64,000 nucleotides of DNA from the human T2T-CHM13v2.0 reference genome, Homo sapiens. Below the pieces are notes generated by a model. That model saw only the letters and a list, made by a program, of their open reading frames with translations, made no database searches and was not told the origin of the DNA. Of this stretch, positions 25,485 to 39,900 are shown in pieces. Position 1 is the first letter of the stretch. Each line of letters starts with the position of its first letter. Location of the stretch: the NCBI RefSeq assembly GCF_009914755.1, contig NC_060948.1, one strand, 5' to 3'. A program made the position numbers and the translations under genes.

Positions 25485-25935
25485 TGTCACAAGATCTCTA
25501 GGGTGTCACTTCACCAGCCAAGAACCTCTGTGGATGATGGCACCTTTGTGCAAGGTTCCCTTGAGCCTGCTTTTCTAATTTTACAAACCCATCTTACAGG
25601 CTGCACTCAGCTCAAACTATGGGCTTAGGTTTCATTTTGCTATGGATGCACCAGGCACAGACTGGAGGCAGATGCATGAGTGAGTGTTGGTTCAGTCCAG
25701 CCACTGCACACAGCTTTGCCTGTTATCTGTGATGAGGTAAGCAGGTCAGGTGCTGGTACAGGTGACAGCTCCCTGCAAATCTTTAGGTGAATCAGGCATA
25801 CCACAAGCTTTCTCTTCTGCAGGCACTGAAGAATGCAGTGGCATCCACAAAAGAAGAAATGCCAGAAAATGCAAAGGCCCAAGGACGTCATCCTAGCCCT
25901 GGCATGGGAAAGGTTTAGAGCTGGGGTATCTAAAG
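25485..25935 (-). mobile_element. MER52-like ERV1 LTR fragment
   Basis: TGTCACAAGATCTCTAGGGTGTCACTTCACCAGCC..AACCTCTGTGG resembles a MER52-group LTR end. Family assignment is from memory. Confidence 0.5.
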
Positions 25936-25984
25936 GGCCAATGTCCTGCTTTCTTTTTCCTTTTTTCTTTTTTTTTTTTTTTTT

Positions 25985-26695
25985 CTTATCTATGGGATCA
26001 CTATGACTTAAATTAGGGTTTTCAAAGGGCTCTGTCTCTCTTTCTACTGGAAATTAGCATCTTGTCTTTTCTTCACTCTTTCTCTCTTTGACTGCTTTTT
26101 ATTTACTATGACATGCTATAGAAGAAATGCGTCTTGGCCCAGCATCTTTCTGTTGACTGTAGGGCTATTTGTCAGAAGCAGTAAGATTTTGGCTCAGCAA
26201 TAAGGTAACATCTTCCCATTTAAGACCAAAAAAAGGGCTAGATATTAGAAAGGCTCTATATATTTATTGATGTATCAGAAAACTTCCCCAGGTCTTACTT
26301 TATTTGTTTAAGGTACTGTAATGAAAAAGAAACTTGCACTTTACTGGCACCTCATTCATTGGGCATTTCCTATAGGGGTAGTAAGGAACGTGGAGGGTTG
26401 GATGTAAAAACTGGAAAAGCTGATGATGATGTGACTAAAAGGTTCTCTGCATCAAGAAGATGAGAAAACCTGTGGTAACAAATGTGGTTTTGAGTGTTTC
26501 CAGGGAGAATGTTTCTCTGACGTTTGGGAGTTGTTTCTTGTGGGCTTTTCTGATATGACTGCTAAGAAAGCAGGAACAATTTTACAGTATTTACAAAGAT
26601 GTGGGTGGTTTCACAGGGCAAAAAGCCTTGCACATAGGGAACTTCAAACAATGTGCCTTTGACTCTCAGAAACTATCTAGGTTTTCAATAGTATT
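25985..26695 (-). mobile_element. Class I ERV gag fragment
   Basis: Similar to 37590-38250 and 45055-45750. Confidence 0.7.
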
Positions 26696-27507
26696 GACAA
26701 AGAAAAGCTACATAGTTGTGGTGGATTATTGGTAAAATTTCTGCAAGCAGAGAAACAGCCTGAAATATCAGGCTGCAGACACAAATTTAAGAATCCTGCA
26801 CAATCCTGTGGCACAAGCAAATAATTTTTTTAAAAAAGCCCAACTTTTTGTGTGTGTGTGCTTAAGACATGCCCACAGCTACTCAGATAAAAAAAAAAAA
26901 AAAAAAAAACAAGACCCCGCATTAAAATGTTGTGTCTTTTGTGTAACCAGAGTGCTTCCAGGAAATAGTCTCTCTCTTTTTTAGAACTTGTACATATTGG
27001 ACTCCAATGTGTTACAAAGGGTACCTTATATTACTAAACATACTTCAGACTCCGAGCCAAATTTCTGTAAATTATCATTTAAGACTCTGGTCCCAGGCCA
27101 AGGTCCTGGGCCATGCTTTCCCTTTAGCTCTTGTGTGGCTCAGGGCCAAGTTCCTGAGCCAAGCTGAGTCATTACATCCGCCATTAATAGTTCCAGGCAC
27201 AAGGACCCAGAAAAGATGAGAAGTGCTTTCTTCAAAACTAGTTAGTACCTTTTCTTCCTTCTGAGTCCATAAAAATATGAGACTCTTTCTCAAAGTGGGC
27301 AACTGACTCTACTCCACCAGAAGTTAACATATTAAACATTTACTATCATCTCACCTTTTGCATTCCTAATTTTTAATTTTCTTGAAATTAAAAAGATCTG
27401 TGTGTCACCTAAAAATGAGAGACTGATACATTGTGGTTCACTGGGGGACAGCAAGGTTTGTTTTTGGTTCATGGACTTGGAAAGGCCTTAATTAAAAAGG
27501 TCAGTAG

Positions 27508-27800
27508 GGGCTGGGCATGGTGGCTCATGACTGTTATCGCAGCACTTTGGGTGGCCAATGTGGGAAGATCAGGAGGAGATCAAGATGGAGATCATCCTGG
27601 CTAACATGGTGAAGCCCTCATGAAGTCTACCAAAAATACAAAAAATTAGCAGGGTGTGGTGGTGGGCACCTTTAGTGACAGTTGCTTGGTAGGCTAAGGC
27701 AGGAGAATGGCATAAACCCGGGAAATGGAGCTTGCAGTTAGCCAAGATCATGCAACTGGACTCCAGTTTAAGTGACAGAGAATCCATTAGAAAAAAAAAG
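27508..27800 (+). mobile_element. Alu with target-site duplication
   Basis: Dimeric Alu flanked by AAAAAGGTCAGTAGGG and AAAAAAGTGAGTAGGG. Confidence 0.92.
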
Positions 27801-30800
27801 TGAGTAGGGGTGCCATTCCAAACTATTTACATTCATATCTTCAGCTTGTCCTCTATTTGCTTTCATATCTGCAGCTTGTTCTCAGTTTTTGTTTGTTTGT
27901 TTTTGTTATTTGTTTTTTTCTTTTTTTTTAATGTCTGAAGAGCAAACAAAGCTCTGGACCAGTGCCAGGTAAAATCCGATGGATTGCCTGCCATTCTTAC
28001 AAAGCTTAGGAGAAAGGGATTCTGGGAGACACATTGGCAGTCTCCTTTCACCCTCCGCTGTTGAAAGTGTTGCCTCTGTTCCAACTGTTTTCTTTCAGAG
28101 AGGATCCAGCTGTCACATAGGACTGAAAGGATATCTAAGTTAATTGAAGATTTCTGGTTAAGGCTATACCACAGTGTTACGTGAAGGCCTCAAAACTAAC
28201 TCCAGTTTCTGACAGCCCATCAGAGTGTTGCCACCAAAATTTCCAGGCTTTTCTGTGGCATTTTATTTATTTGTTTTTTGTCATTGTGTGGCTAATGTCC
28301 CTCCTATTTCTTCTTTGTATGCCATGTTGAGACCTGGAGATACAAGCTTACTGGTAAAAGTCAGTCAGTAGAAATATAATTCAAAGAGTTGCTATTTTGT
28401 GTTTTTTTTTCTTTCAAAAGAGGAAGAATTCAAAATTGTGGTCTAAAAATTTTTATTTGATAAGGGTCTTTTTGTCCGCCGATGATAGACATTCATGACA
28501 CTGTAGGGAATGGCATACATTCAAATAAATTTTCCCTGTTTGGCGGGTGATTTCTCTTTAAAAAGCTCAGCACAGCCATATATATCTAAACAGTTTCTTT
28601 GTGAGACACATCTTCTTTTTTCTGCAGAGACACATACTGTGGGGACAGGCGATGGAGCGTTAACCTTCCTTTTCTCAGTTTTGACTATATAAACCTGGAA
28701 TTCAGCATTTTCATGGAATATCTGAGATCTTAAAATGCAACCTAGTAAAATGAGGTTTTTCTCTTGGGGAAGCCTTGTCAGTACTTTGCACAAAACCCTT
28801 GGATTTTAATTCCTCTCTCTGTTATATCTCTCTAACTCTGTGCCCTATCAGTAAACAGAAAATTTCCACTTTCAATAATCAGAAAGAAGGTGTCTTTGAG
28901 AGACATATTTTAGCTAAGTGCTGTCTTATGAAAGCCAGCCATACAAGCTTTACTTGCTTTGAGGCACACCTTCTTCCTCCAGCAGCACTGACATTTAAAC
29001 TAACGGAGAATTTTATGTTTCAACTCAATCTATCTTATTTCCTGCAATTTCAGTATTTTTTCTAGGCCATAGCAAGGGAAGCCACAAATAGTATTAAAAT
29101 TCTTACTCTATACAAGTGTCTTGCTAGAATCCAATGACTATATAATCTTTTTTTTAGGCTCCCAAGTTACTCTGGGTATCTTCTGGGTTGAGTAGGCTTA
29201 AGAAATCAACAAAGAGTCACCAGTAGAGAGCTAAAGCCTCTGCAGGAAAATGTTACTTGTCCTGCTGTCTAGATCCTCTAGAACTGTGGGTGAAGGTTTA
29301 GCTTCCATCCATGGGGGACACCTATGTCAGTCACCAGACTCAGAAAAGACAAGAGGAATTCAAAAACAAGGAATATCCTATCTTTTTATTCAGTCAGGGC
29401 TATTTCAAAAGGGGGAAAAAGAGAATAGGAATTTTTTTTATATATTTCTTTAGAAACTTCACAAACTGTCTGCAGTACGCACCTCTCTAGATTACATTCT
29501 GAAACACAGAAATTTCATTGACTGTGAGACTCTGAAAAATGAAAGTGGCTTATTTATGTATTTATTGCTCAAGGGCATGACAGCCCTACCAGCTCCAGGA
29601 CAGACATGCCTAGCTTTCTGAGGGAAGTGTTCGCTTTAGTACTATTCAACAGGTATATCTTTTCTTCAGATGGCAAAGAAAAGAGTATGATTTTTTTTTT
29701 CTTTTTTGGACAACCTTACTTTGACTGGGGAGACAACCCAGATCTTTCTAAGTATTGTAAAAATGACTCTGCCCTCTTGGCAGTCATAACAGGCAAGTTT
29801 CAAGAGATAATTCATTAAAGTCAGAGACAAGCCCCTGAGGAACACTCAAATTTATCTTCTAAATGTCACACCTGCCACCCTCATTTAGAAGTTCCAATAG
29901 CCATTTCATCATCTTGTCTTGTTGTGCCACTAAGGAAAACCAAAACTCACTGTTGCCCCTGTAGAAAATACTCCATAGATGTGATACTAGTATAGCAGAA
30001 GTTTTCTTCTCATTGCAAGGACTTAGACAAAAAAAAATGAAAAAGATAAGCAAATGTCCTCTGATGACCCTGGTGGATATACAGAGATATTTCAAAATCT
30101 AACTCAAATGTTCAATCATACCTGAATAGATGATACATTACTGCTAAACCAACCCCTAACTGTTGCCCTAAAGCAGGCAGCTTTACAGAGAGCAGAGTTA
30201 TCCATGGATGAACCACATGTCTTTTATAAAATCTTGAAAAAGGGAGGGTGAAAAGGAATAAAAAAAGTTGAACTGATAACAGAATTCTTATTCGTAATAG
30301 GAAAGGACGGAGTGCTGAAAACTCGATTGGAATCTTATTGGTCCTATAGAGGAGTGAAAAAAAAATTAGTGAGCCTACTGGAAGGCTTATAAGTGAACAG
30401 GACAAAACTTCATAATTACTCTAAACTATTCATAATAGGTTAAAATCACAGAAAAATTATAGAGCCTTTTTTAAAATCCTGAGAGAGGCTTTAGTGAAAC
30501 ACATGTTCCTATCTCCCTATTGGGTTAAGATAAAGTTAATCTTAAGAGAAAAGTTTATTACTCAAGCAGACCCTGACATCAAAAGAAAACTGCAAAAATG
30601 TGTCATAGGTTCAGATAATATTGTTCTTTTAACAATGCACCAAGACATAACAGCCTTTCTTTCATTTGAGATTACACTAAGAGTCTTTTTTTTACATTTA
30701 AGAAGATTAAGGACTGTAGACAAAGGAAACTGTTTGGAGCAAAAGTTTAAATAAGTGGCAAAAGCAGCTCTCTGCCAGCAGAGATAGAAGCTTGAATAAG

Positions 30801-33800
30801 TTGTCCACTGGGGTTTAAGGTTTTTATGGCCTAAAAAATAAAGATATATACTTAGTTTGCAAGCTGTCTTGGAGAATGGGTGACTTAGCTTTGCCCTGGC
30901 CCAGGACCTATTAGACAGCTTAGCCCAGGCACTTTGCCTGGGAGCAGTCTGAGGTGGTAATTTGCAAAGACTGCTTAGCTTGGTACAGGACCTAAAGTAA
31001 AAGCTTGTTCTGGGATGCTGGCTCAGGACCAATCAGGGACTGAAGTGATGATTCATATGGGTTGAGCAACCAGTGAAATACAAAAATAAATATTTCATCC
31101 AATACCCGCTAGATCGCACTGCGTTTATGCCCACAAAAAACAAAACAAAACAAAACAAAAAACAACTTTATTTTCTGAAAGCCCTCTGAGTATACAGAAA
31201 ACAACAAGCCTATGCCAGGCATTGGTTCCCCATCTGAATCAGTGGGAGGTTTGTACAAGATTTTATCTGAATGGACTGAAGGTTCTGTTATCTGTGCTGT
31301 CAGGCACAACCTTCTGTGTTAAATCTCTTACTGGTACACACACGTTTTTTTTTGGTCTGGTTATTATGTTATGTTGGAATCAGGCCCTTACTTGTTTACT
31401 GGAGGTCTTCCAGGAACCCATTCCTTGCTGTTTACATGGGAAAAGCTGGCTAAGTTGTCTTTGTCCTCCCTCAGAAATGAAAACTCTAACTTCTCTTAGG
31501 AGATTGGGCATTGGTCTTTCTGGATACTTTCTGCTGGAGAAGAGTGTTGTGTAGAAAACAGTATGTAGGATCTACTGAGGGTTGGTTTAAGTGTTTGTAG
31601 AAGAAAGGCCTGTTAATGCATGGTTTTATTTGCATTACATTTTAAAGTGTGATAGACTTTAGGCACAAAAAGAAAACCAGTTTGGATTATTAGAAAAAGC
31701 ATATCACAACTAGACAAGGAGAGTAAGAACAGCTGAAATACTTCAAGGCTGCTGACGTGCCCGTGTAACTGTGGCTACATTTACACCTGTTAAGATTTTG
31801 TTACATGAGACTTGGATTTATTTAGCTTTCTTGATTTGATCCTTTGAAACAAAAATTCTGTTACAGAAACCCTATTTTCTTTTATGACCTGCAAATATTT
31901 GTGGAATGAGTTCCCAGAATTAGAATATTGTTCTAGATTTATCTGTTACTCATATCTTTCTGTTTTCCAAGAACGGTAGCTGGACCTCACCAGTTGGTTC
32001 ACAGAAAAAAAAAAAAAAAAAAAGGTTAATTAATATTGTACAAACATCTTAAAAACAACATATGAGATGAGAAGTTAGTGATAGAGGTGTGATAGGCTGT
32101 GAGACATCTATCTTTTTTTTAGTCCTAATTTTTGTTAAGAACGAATTATGACAAAAGTTGGTTGTTGGCAAAACAGACTTGTCCTACACTTAGCCAGAAT
32201 ATTTTTGTACAGTGCTGTGGGAAATACCTTTACATGTGCTTTCCTCATGGGCTTTTATGAATCTCTATTCTACAAGGAATCTTAAATAGGACATTATAAA
32301 GCTGAGTCCAACTATAGGTTTGACCCTTAGATACATGTTATTTGGATAAACTCCTCTATTTTTTTGAGATTCCAAGTGCATGTGGTTCCTAGGCCTGATA
32401 GAAAGTGGCTTTTTTTTTTTTCCTCTTACCGCAGATTAGAAAACCTGTATTGGGACTGTGTAAACAAAGTATAAGGCTGCGTTTCTTAGGGGGCTTTTAT
32501 TGGTTCTAGAAGTCAGACGTAAGTCATTAAAGAAGGCACACTCTTCCAGTCAAAGCCTTTGGAAATCAACCAGCTTATTCTATTGGGTTATGTTGCAAAT
32601 GAAAATACATTTTTGTTGCACTGAGTAAAACAATTATATTGTTGTAAGTTAAGAATAATCACACATACTTTCCGAATTTTAGAGGAACTAGGCACAGAGG
32701 AAAAAAGCATGTTTCAAGTTTTGCTAACAGGAGTATACCAATTGACAGTGTTAAAAGCTGTAGCTACTTTAAAAGAAAGTGCGCTTGACTTTAAAAAACA
32801 AAACAAGAATTAGAAATGTTCTAAAATAAAGATAAAGAGATTGTTTCATTCTTCTGTTAGTTTAGTCTATTTTAACATTTGTCCTGCTTGACATTTATAA
32901 GCATTTTAGCTATTCCTAAGTTCTGTACATTTTCCTGTTATAAAAAAACCTACAGTTGAGAACAGCTGGTACAGTTCTACAGCTAATTATAAGTCGTTAT
33001 TCTTGATGAAGATTAAATGTCTGTAAATGACAAAATGTCTAGTGTGGTTAGAAACAGCATAGGCAAAGACATTTGGTTACTTCCGTGGTTTACAATAGCT
33101 TAACATAATAACTTTAAATAAAAATTGTAGCACGTATTCAGATATTAAGAACCTTAAAAACCTCATGTGGTTTTGAGCCCTGTGTTAATGTTACCCACTA
33201 AAATATATTCTGAAAAAAATAAAATATTACCATCAAAATCACATGTATTTAAATGTGCTTTATAATCCTGTTTAACTTTTTCTTTTATGCCCCAGGGGCT
33301 CTCTGAGGCATCCAAAATATAGGGTTCAGAAAATACATCCTTGAAGTTAAAATTTTATTCTGGGAAGCCTGCCAAATATTTTAGAGGATTAAGACACTTA
33401 ATGTTATGAAATCCAATTCCAGATTTCCATAAATCATTTGTTTTGCCAAAATACAGTTGGTAGAAATGTTTGAAAGGGCAGAAACACTTTTATCAGCCTT
33501 CAATATTACATGATAATCTCTTTCAGAAGGACAAATTTTCCCCTTGTAGTTGTCTCCTAATGTTAACCCTAAGCTTAATGAAACCTTATGTAAAATTATT
33601 TTAACCTTAGAAAGTTTGACAAAGAAGTGAGATTTTCACAAACTTATTACAACATTTTAACAAACTTTTACAAATTTGCTAAAGAGAAGATTAATGTTTC
33701 AAGAAATTTTTGTTGTGTTTTCACTTCAATGCTTAATGGCAGAAATAAACATAATACCCTTTTCAATCTAGTTAGTAGGTTCACAGGGTTTTCTTTTGCA

Positions 33801-34425
33801 AGATTAATTTTTTTGCAGTATTTTTCACAATTTGTGTAAACAGCTTTATTTTAGTTAATTAAAGAAAATTCTTTAACTCTAGGCAAAATGTACATTTCCA
33901 TGCCTTTCTATAATTTATTCTCACTACAAACACATTTTACTCTTCTACCACACCTGGCAATTAAATTTATATACAGTATTCTCAATTACACATTATAGTA
34001 ATATCTTTTAACAATTAATAACTTGACTATAAAACCTGGTGAGTTTATAAAATTACAGGCTGGGTGCAGGTAAAGTATGATTTATTACAGCATAGTTAAA
34101 GGAGTGGTTATTTTTATACATCTTCAGGCCTTTGGTGGCTTTCGTTTTTCATAAGTTAAAGTCACATGAACTGAGAAGTACAACAGCCTTCATTTCTTTG
34201 GAAGCAAAATATTTAGCTCAACTACCTATTCTTCACTAAGTTAATTAATTAGATTTTTAAAATATATACATAACACATATGTAAACACAGAGAAAACAGA
34301 AGCTCCAGGAGTCATAAAATTTTATTTTACTAATTTTCCAATTGGATTATTGACCTCTTGCTGTGGCCCTTTAAGAAATGGGCTATGAATAGTTTCCAGG
34401 GCCTAATAAAAAAAGTCTCACTGAT

Positions 34426-34712
34426 GCTGGGCATGGTGACTCACACCTGTAATCCCAGCACTTTGGGGGGCCCATGTTTGGGGATCAAGAAGTCAAGAGA
34501 TCATGGCCAAAATGGTGAAACCCCATCTCTACTAAAAATACAGAAATTAGCTGGGCATGTTTGTGTGCACTTTTAGTCTCATCTAATTGGGGGCTAAGGA
34601 AAGGAGAGCCGTTTGAACCCAGGAGGCAGAGGTTGCAATGATTCAAGGGTGTACTGCTGCACTCCAGCCTGGTGACAGAGTGAGACCACGCCTCAAAAAA
34701 AAAAAAAAAAAA
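34426..34712 (+). mobile_element. Diverged Alu
   Basis: GCTGGGCATGGTGACTCACACCTGTAATCCCAGC start and poly-A tail. Confidence 0.9.
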
Positions 34713-35923
34713 GCAGAGCTGGAAGAGACAGCCTTTCATTTTCAGAGGTATTATTCACTTCTAATTCCAAGAGCCACATAAGAAATGCAGATTTCTCATA
34801 AAAGACGGTCGGTGGTGTCTCTTCTGTTAGCCTCAAGATGTCCCTGACCATCAGCTTTTATCCAAGAACCTTTTATGCATTCACCAAAAGTGTCAAGATA
34901 GAGTGGAGAAAGGTAACTTAGTCGACTGAAAGAAAAAACATTTTCAAGGAAACAAGGTTTATGAGGAGAAAATCATGAACGTCTTGAATACATGTATAGC
35001 ATAAATCTCCATTTTTAATTAATCCAATTGCTTTCTAAGAGTGTTTTCATTAATTTAACTTTACAGAGAATATCAAGAGAAGTGTCTATTATTTATTTCA
35101 CCGGTTTACACCACTATATGTTCACAATCAGGTTCAACAGCTCAACTTTCCCCTGATAGAAAGCTGCTGGATTCAGGCAAGTACAGGCTTTCAAATGGGC
35201 TGCAGATCCCTCCAGTAGCAAAGCTTGATATTTAAGGAGGTGACTGTCAGTTCGCAAGAGACTTTTTTAAGGAAACACAGTACTGCTATGCTATGTGGTG
35301 TAGAAACAGATATGTCATTTTCATGGTTAACTTGATGGTTTCTGGCACCAACAATATCACTGATGCAGCTGCTCAGTGGTAAGATGCCCATTTTTTTTTT
35401 AGAAACCAAGCTAAATTTCTTCCTTAGGTAAACCACTGGATGTTGATCTGGACCTCGAGCCTCATCTGTAATTTCAACGTCTGCTTTCTCTATTTCTGAT
35501 ACATGGAGATTAAGTGCCTTTACTATGAAAAAACTGACGGCTTCTGCTTTAAGTAAGGTTTGTTTAACTGGTTAAATTTTTTTGAGCACTAGGTTATTAA
35601 GTTAAACATGAGTTTTATCTGCTTTAGTTTCTTCTATGAGGTGGTATAAAAGACGAGCTAATTCTCTGTACTGAGGTACCTGCCATCTGAAAAATCAAGT
35701 ACTGCCCAAGAATATTCTTAACTGTTAAGAAAAATGGGCTGAATTGTTTCATGACCTTGTACATTGGTCTCTTCTGATAAGACCAGATCCAGCTACTGTA
35801 CTGAAGTCTGAGAGAGCTGAGCTTTAGATGTTGAGACCCAATAGTCTTTTTATTTTTAATTTTTGTCAGATAGTTTAGCAGAGCATTAGCGCATTCCCAG
35901 GAAGCCCATCACAATCTTGCTAT

Positions 35924-36816
35924 TATTGTTATCTCACCAGTACACAAACACATAACAGTCTCTACTTATCTAAGGTAATACTGGGGGTTTCTTTTCTATG
36001 TCTTAGGAGAATAAAGATAGCAGACACATTTTAAGAAGGCTAAAGAGCACTAAGGTTGAAGAGAAAGTTTAGTAAGTGAAATAAAAAAGCTCGATGCCAG
36101 CAGTGATGTGGTCAAAATGGGTTAACCAATGTGAAACTTGGATTTAGGGTTTCTGTGTGTTGTGAATGGTAAGAAATGCACTTCGTCTGTGGGCTGTCTT
36201 AAAAAATGTGTGACGTAGTTCGACCTGGGGCCTTAGATCCCAGCCCAATCAGAAAGCTTAGCCTGAGACCTTGGCCCAGTACTTAGTGGCTAAAGTGAAT
36301 ATTCATAGGGGATACTCAGTTTAGACAACCTTTCAGAAGCTGAAGTGAACCTGTGGCCTAGGATTTTATCCAGAACTAATCTGAGGCTGAAGTAACGATT
36401 CACAGAGGTGGGGGTCACAATCCAAGAAGAAAAGAAAATTGTTCCCTGGAAGGCACTTGCTCCCACTCTCCCACTCTCTTTATGTTCACCAAAGGAAAAG
36501 AAATATTTCTGGATGTCCACTGATTATAAAATGGACAAATGCATTTCTATTTCAGGCCTTGTTTTCACATTTGAGTAATCTTGAAGTTTCTGCAAGTTTC
36601 TGAGTGAGCTGGAGGTTCTTTTATTTGTGCAACTGCAGTCATGTCTTCAGACACAACTTTCTGTTCTAGTTCATTTATTGGTGCCTGCTGCTTGAATGTT
36701 TCTTTCCAGACTGATTTGTATCTTATGTGGAAATGAAGCACTGATCAGTGGGCTGAGAAATTTCTGGAGACACTTCTCTTTCTGTCTATAGAAGGCAAGC
36801 TAGCTAACTCTCTTCA
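35924..36816 (-). mobile_element. Solo LTR inserted in the pro region of the nested provirus
   Basis: Perfect 4-bp TSD CTAT at 35920-35923 and 36817-36820. Termini match the other LTRs in the window. Confidence 0.82.
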
Positions 36817-36883
36817 CTATTGGAGGAGGAGAACCCTGGATTGGAGAGAAGAAGAGAGAAACAGGCTCTAGAATTTAGAAAAA

Positions 36884-36922
<39 letters not shown>
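36884..36922. repeat. (TTG)n microsatellite, ~13 units
   Basis: Direct reading of the sequence. Confidence 0.95.
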
Positions 36923-36925
<3 letters not shown>

Positions 36926-39900
36926 ATTTCCATTTTACCTCCAGAATTACTTGAATCCTGTAGATCACAATGGCTTGTAGAGCTGGGGAGCCATTATTCC
37001 TGCTGAACAATCTGGGAAATACACACTGGACCTGGTGACCTATGGCTCTGGGAACACTTCTACTTTCACTGGTCTCCCCCACAGGCTGGACAAAGTTGAG
37101 ATATATTCTTTTTCTGCCTGAGCAATTCATTTGAAAGTGTCCTAGCTTGTCACACTAGTAGAAATCAGCAGGTGCCTCTTGGAGATTCCGGCTCTTGTAG
37201 GCCTGTGAAGAGGCCAGTAATGCCTCTTTCATTCTCTTGCGACTCCCCTCTTCTTTCTAGGTCTCCTCTCCCCAGTTCTTGTTTTAAAAGATAAAAGCCA
37301 CCCCAGAAAGTCTTTCAAAGTGCTATCTGATCCCACAGCCTGCTTCTGTAGTTTTGTTCTGATATTAGAGGATGGCTGAGAAATAAAGTAATATTTTAAA
37401 ATTGTGTATCCCTTAATTGAATTAGGAGATGGAGACACATGTATTGCTAAAGCTTCTCTCAGCCATTCCAAAGAATCTGTGAGTTTTTTTCTAGTTTGTG
37501 ATTTCAACAAGAACAGTTCAGAGTAATTAAGAAGTCTTGTTCTGGTTCTTTCGAAGCCTGATAATATGCACAGTAGAAAGTGTTTTTCATTTCTATTCAT
37601 CTGTAGGTTTACCAAGGCTTCATTTGGGGTTTTCAAACAGCACTGTTTTCCTTTCTATTGGAAATAGTAATTCTGTCTTCTTTACTCATCCATTTTCATC
37701 TTTCGCTTCTGTTTATTTTTTGACTGACTATAGGATGTCAGTTGTTCATCTTCAAATTCCTTTGCTGTCTGTACTGCTGCCTGTTTTTCCGCAGTAGTTG
37801 AAATGTGGCTTAAAAGTTGCACTGCATTTCTGCACATAAGAGGAAACAGCTGATTTAAATGTTGGAAAGCCTGTGCATGTCTATCAGGTTCATCAGGGAA
37901 CTGTCTTAAGTCCAGCTTTATGTATATAAGTTTACTGTAATGAGAAGGAAATTTAAACCTTAGTAGCACCATATTCATTGTGCATTTGTTATAGGGGCAC
38001 CAGTGAAGTTGGAAGTTTCCTGGGCTTGCACAACAAGAGGTGTTTTTATACAACTATTCTGAGTCCCAGTTAAAGGAGTCAGATAGGGCACTCAGAAATT
38101 GCATTTGACAGTTCTCTAGAGATTTCTCTCTTTGACTTTGGAAAATTATGTATTGTAGACTTACCTTGTATGGTTCCCAAAGGCACAGGGGTAATTTTAC
38201 AATGTTTACAAAATCTAGGGTTTTTTTGAAGAGCAAAAGGACCTAGCTGTTAGATATTATTGAAATTATGCTTCTTTGGGAAGGCCTGTCCTCCTGTCAG
38301 GAACATGGCCACATGGCCACCTTGTTGCTAGTTGAATATCATTATTATTGTTTATAAATTTAGAGACTCAAGGTCAATGGAGTCCCAGTGCTTCCAAGTG
38401 CACTCAAGGGGAGTGCAGTCTACAGATGTTTTGTTGCCATCTAGAGACAGAGGGTAAACAAGGTGTCATTCAGATGACTTCCTCCTTTTGGTGTTACCCA
38501 GGATAAATAGAAAGTGTTACAGTATCCTTTTTCATCTTTTTCCTTTGTCTCATCTGTGCCCCCAAAACTGTAATAGGTGCTGCTCAGAAATGCAAGCATA
38601 GCTTTTACACATATATCTGGAGGAGCTAGTCAGAAGCACTAGCCACACTCACCTGTGCAAAGCTGTAGCTTTCTGCCCTCCTTTTGTCCTAGACCCACTG
38701 AACCCCAAAGGCTTGAAAGTTACCCCAGAGGCCTTGCAAATGTTATGTAGTAGTAAAATTTGTTCTAGACATTTTAATAGAGGAAATGTCTTCATACTAA
38801 CTTTGGCTTTGGTAACTATGTTCCCAGTGAAACATCAGAATCTCAGAGAATGAGACAGATTGACTTTCAAACATTTTAAATCCAATATTATTGCAATGCA
38901 GAACAGGTGGCTTAAAACTGTAGAAACTGAATGGCTGAATGGCCCTTCATTAGATGGTGAAAGCAAAGAGGCTAAAATCTGCTCTTTAACATTGTTTTTC
39001 TCCCAATAATTAATAGTGGAGGCTGCCTGTTTAAAGATAGGATATGTGGGCTAATCACTGATGGCAGAATGTAAATGGGGAAAGAATTTCAAAGCTGTAA
39101 GTTTTGGACAATGGATTCACAAGGCTCCAGGTAGAAAAGAAATCTTATTTCACTAGGGAGTGATGTAAGGTTAGAAAGGCTAGGTTAAAATTTCTGACAC
39201 AAAATTCTCTTTATTCAAAAGTTAGAAAGAGAGATTTTGGGTTAGATAGGTTGTCTCCACTAAATGCCCCCCAACAGGCAAAAATTAACTTGTCTCTTGT
39301 AACTTTTATGTGAAGGAAAATAATATCTTTGTAAAAAATTCCACATAAAGGAAAGAGTATTTACTTGCAGTCAAATCCCTCCCATACAGTGCCACGATTA
39401 TCTGTTAGTGAGGGACAAAAAGGCCCTTTTATAGGTAACAATTTATAGTGAAATCTTGAATTCCCCTTGTTTCACAGAAATCACAAAAACAAACCTTTTT
39501 AAATTACACTACTAATTACTGAGACAAGGAGTAACTGTGTTAAGCAAACCTGTATACCTAGTATACCGAGGCTGTAAAAATGCCCACAACGCTGCATAGA
39601 AAAAAATATGAAAGACATTATAGCTGTGAAAAGAAAAATTTTAAATTCAATAGATAAAAATGCGAAGTCCTTGTGTTAATGGCCTGATGAGTTGTCACAG
39701 ACCAGAATTAGTCTAACGATAATCAGATAACACTGAGATGTAGCCTCAAGCTGAAACTTTTAGTGTCCCTGGGATCTCCTCTAGATCTCATGTGACTGCC
39801 AGGCTCTTTATGAAAAAAGTCTTGAAATAAACAAGACATTTTTGAAATGAATTTGGAAGTTTAAAGTCTATTTTTACCATTCTGATGAATTGTTTCCTTC

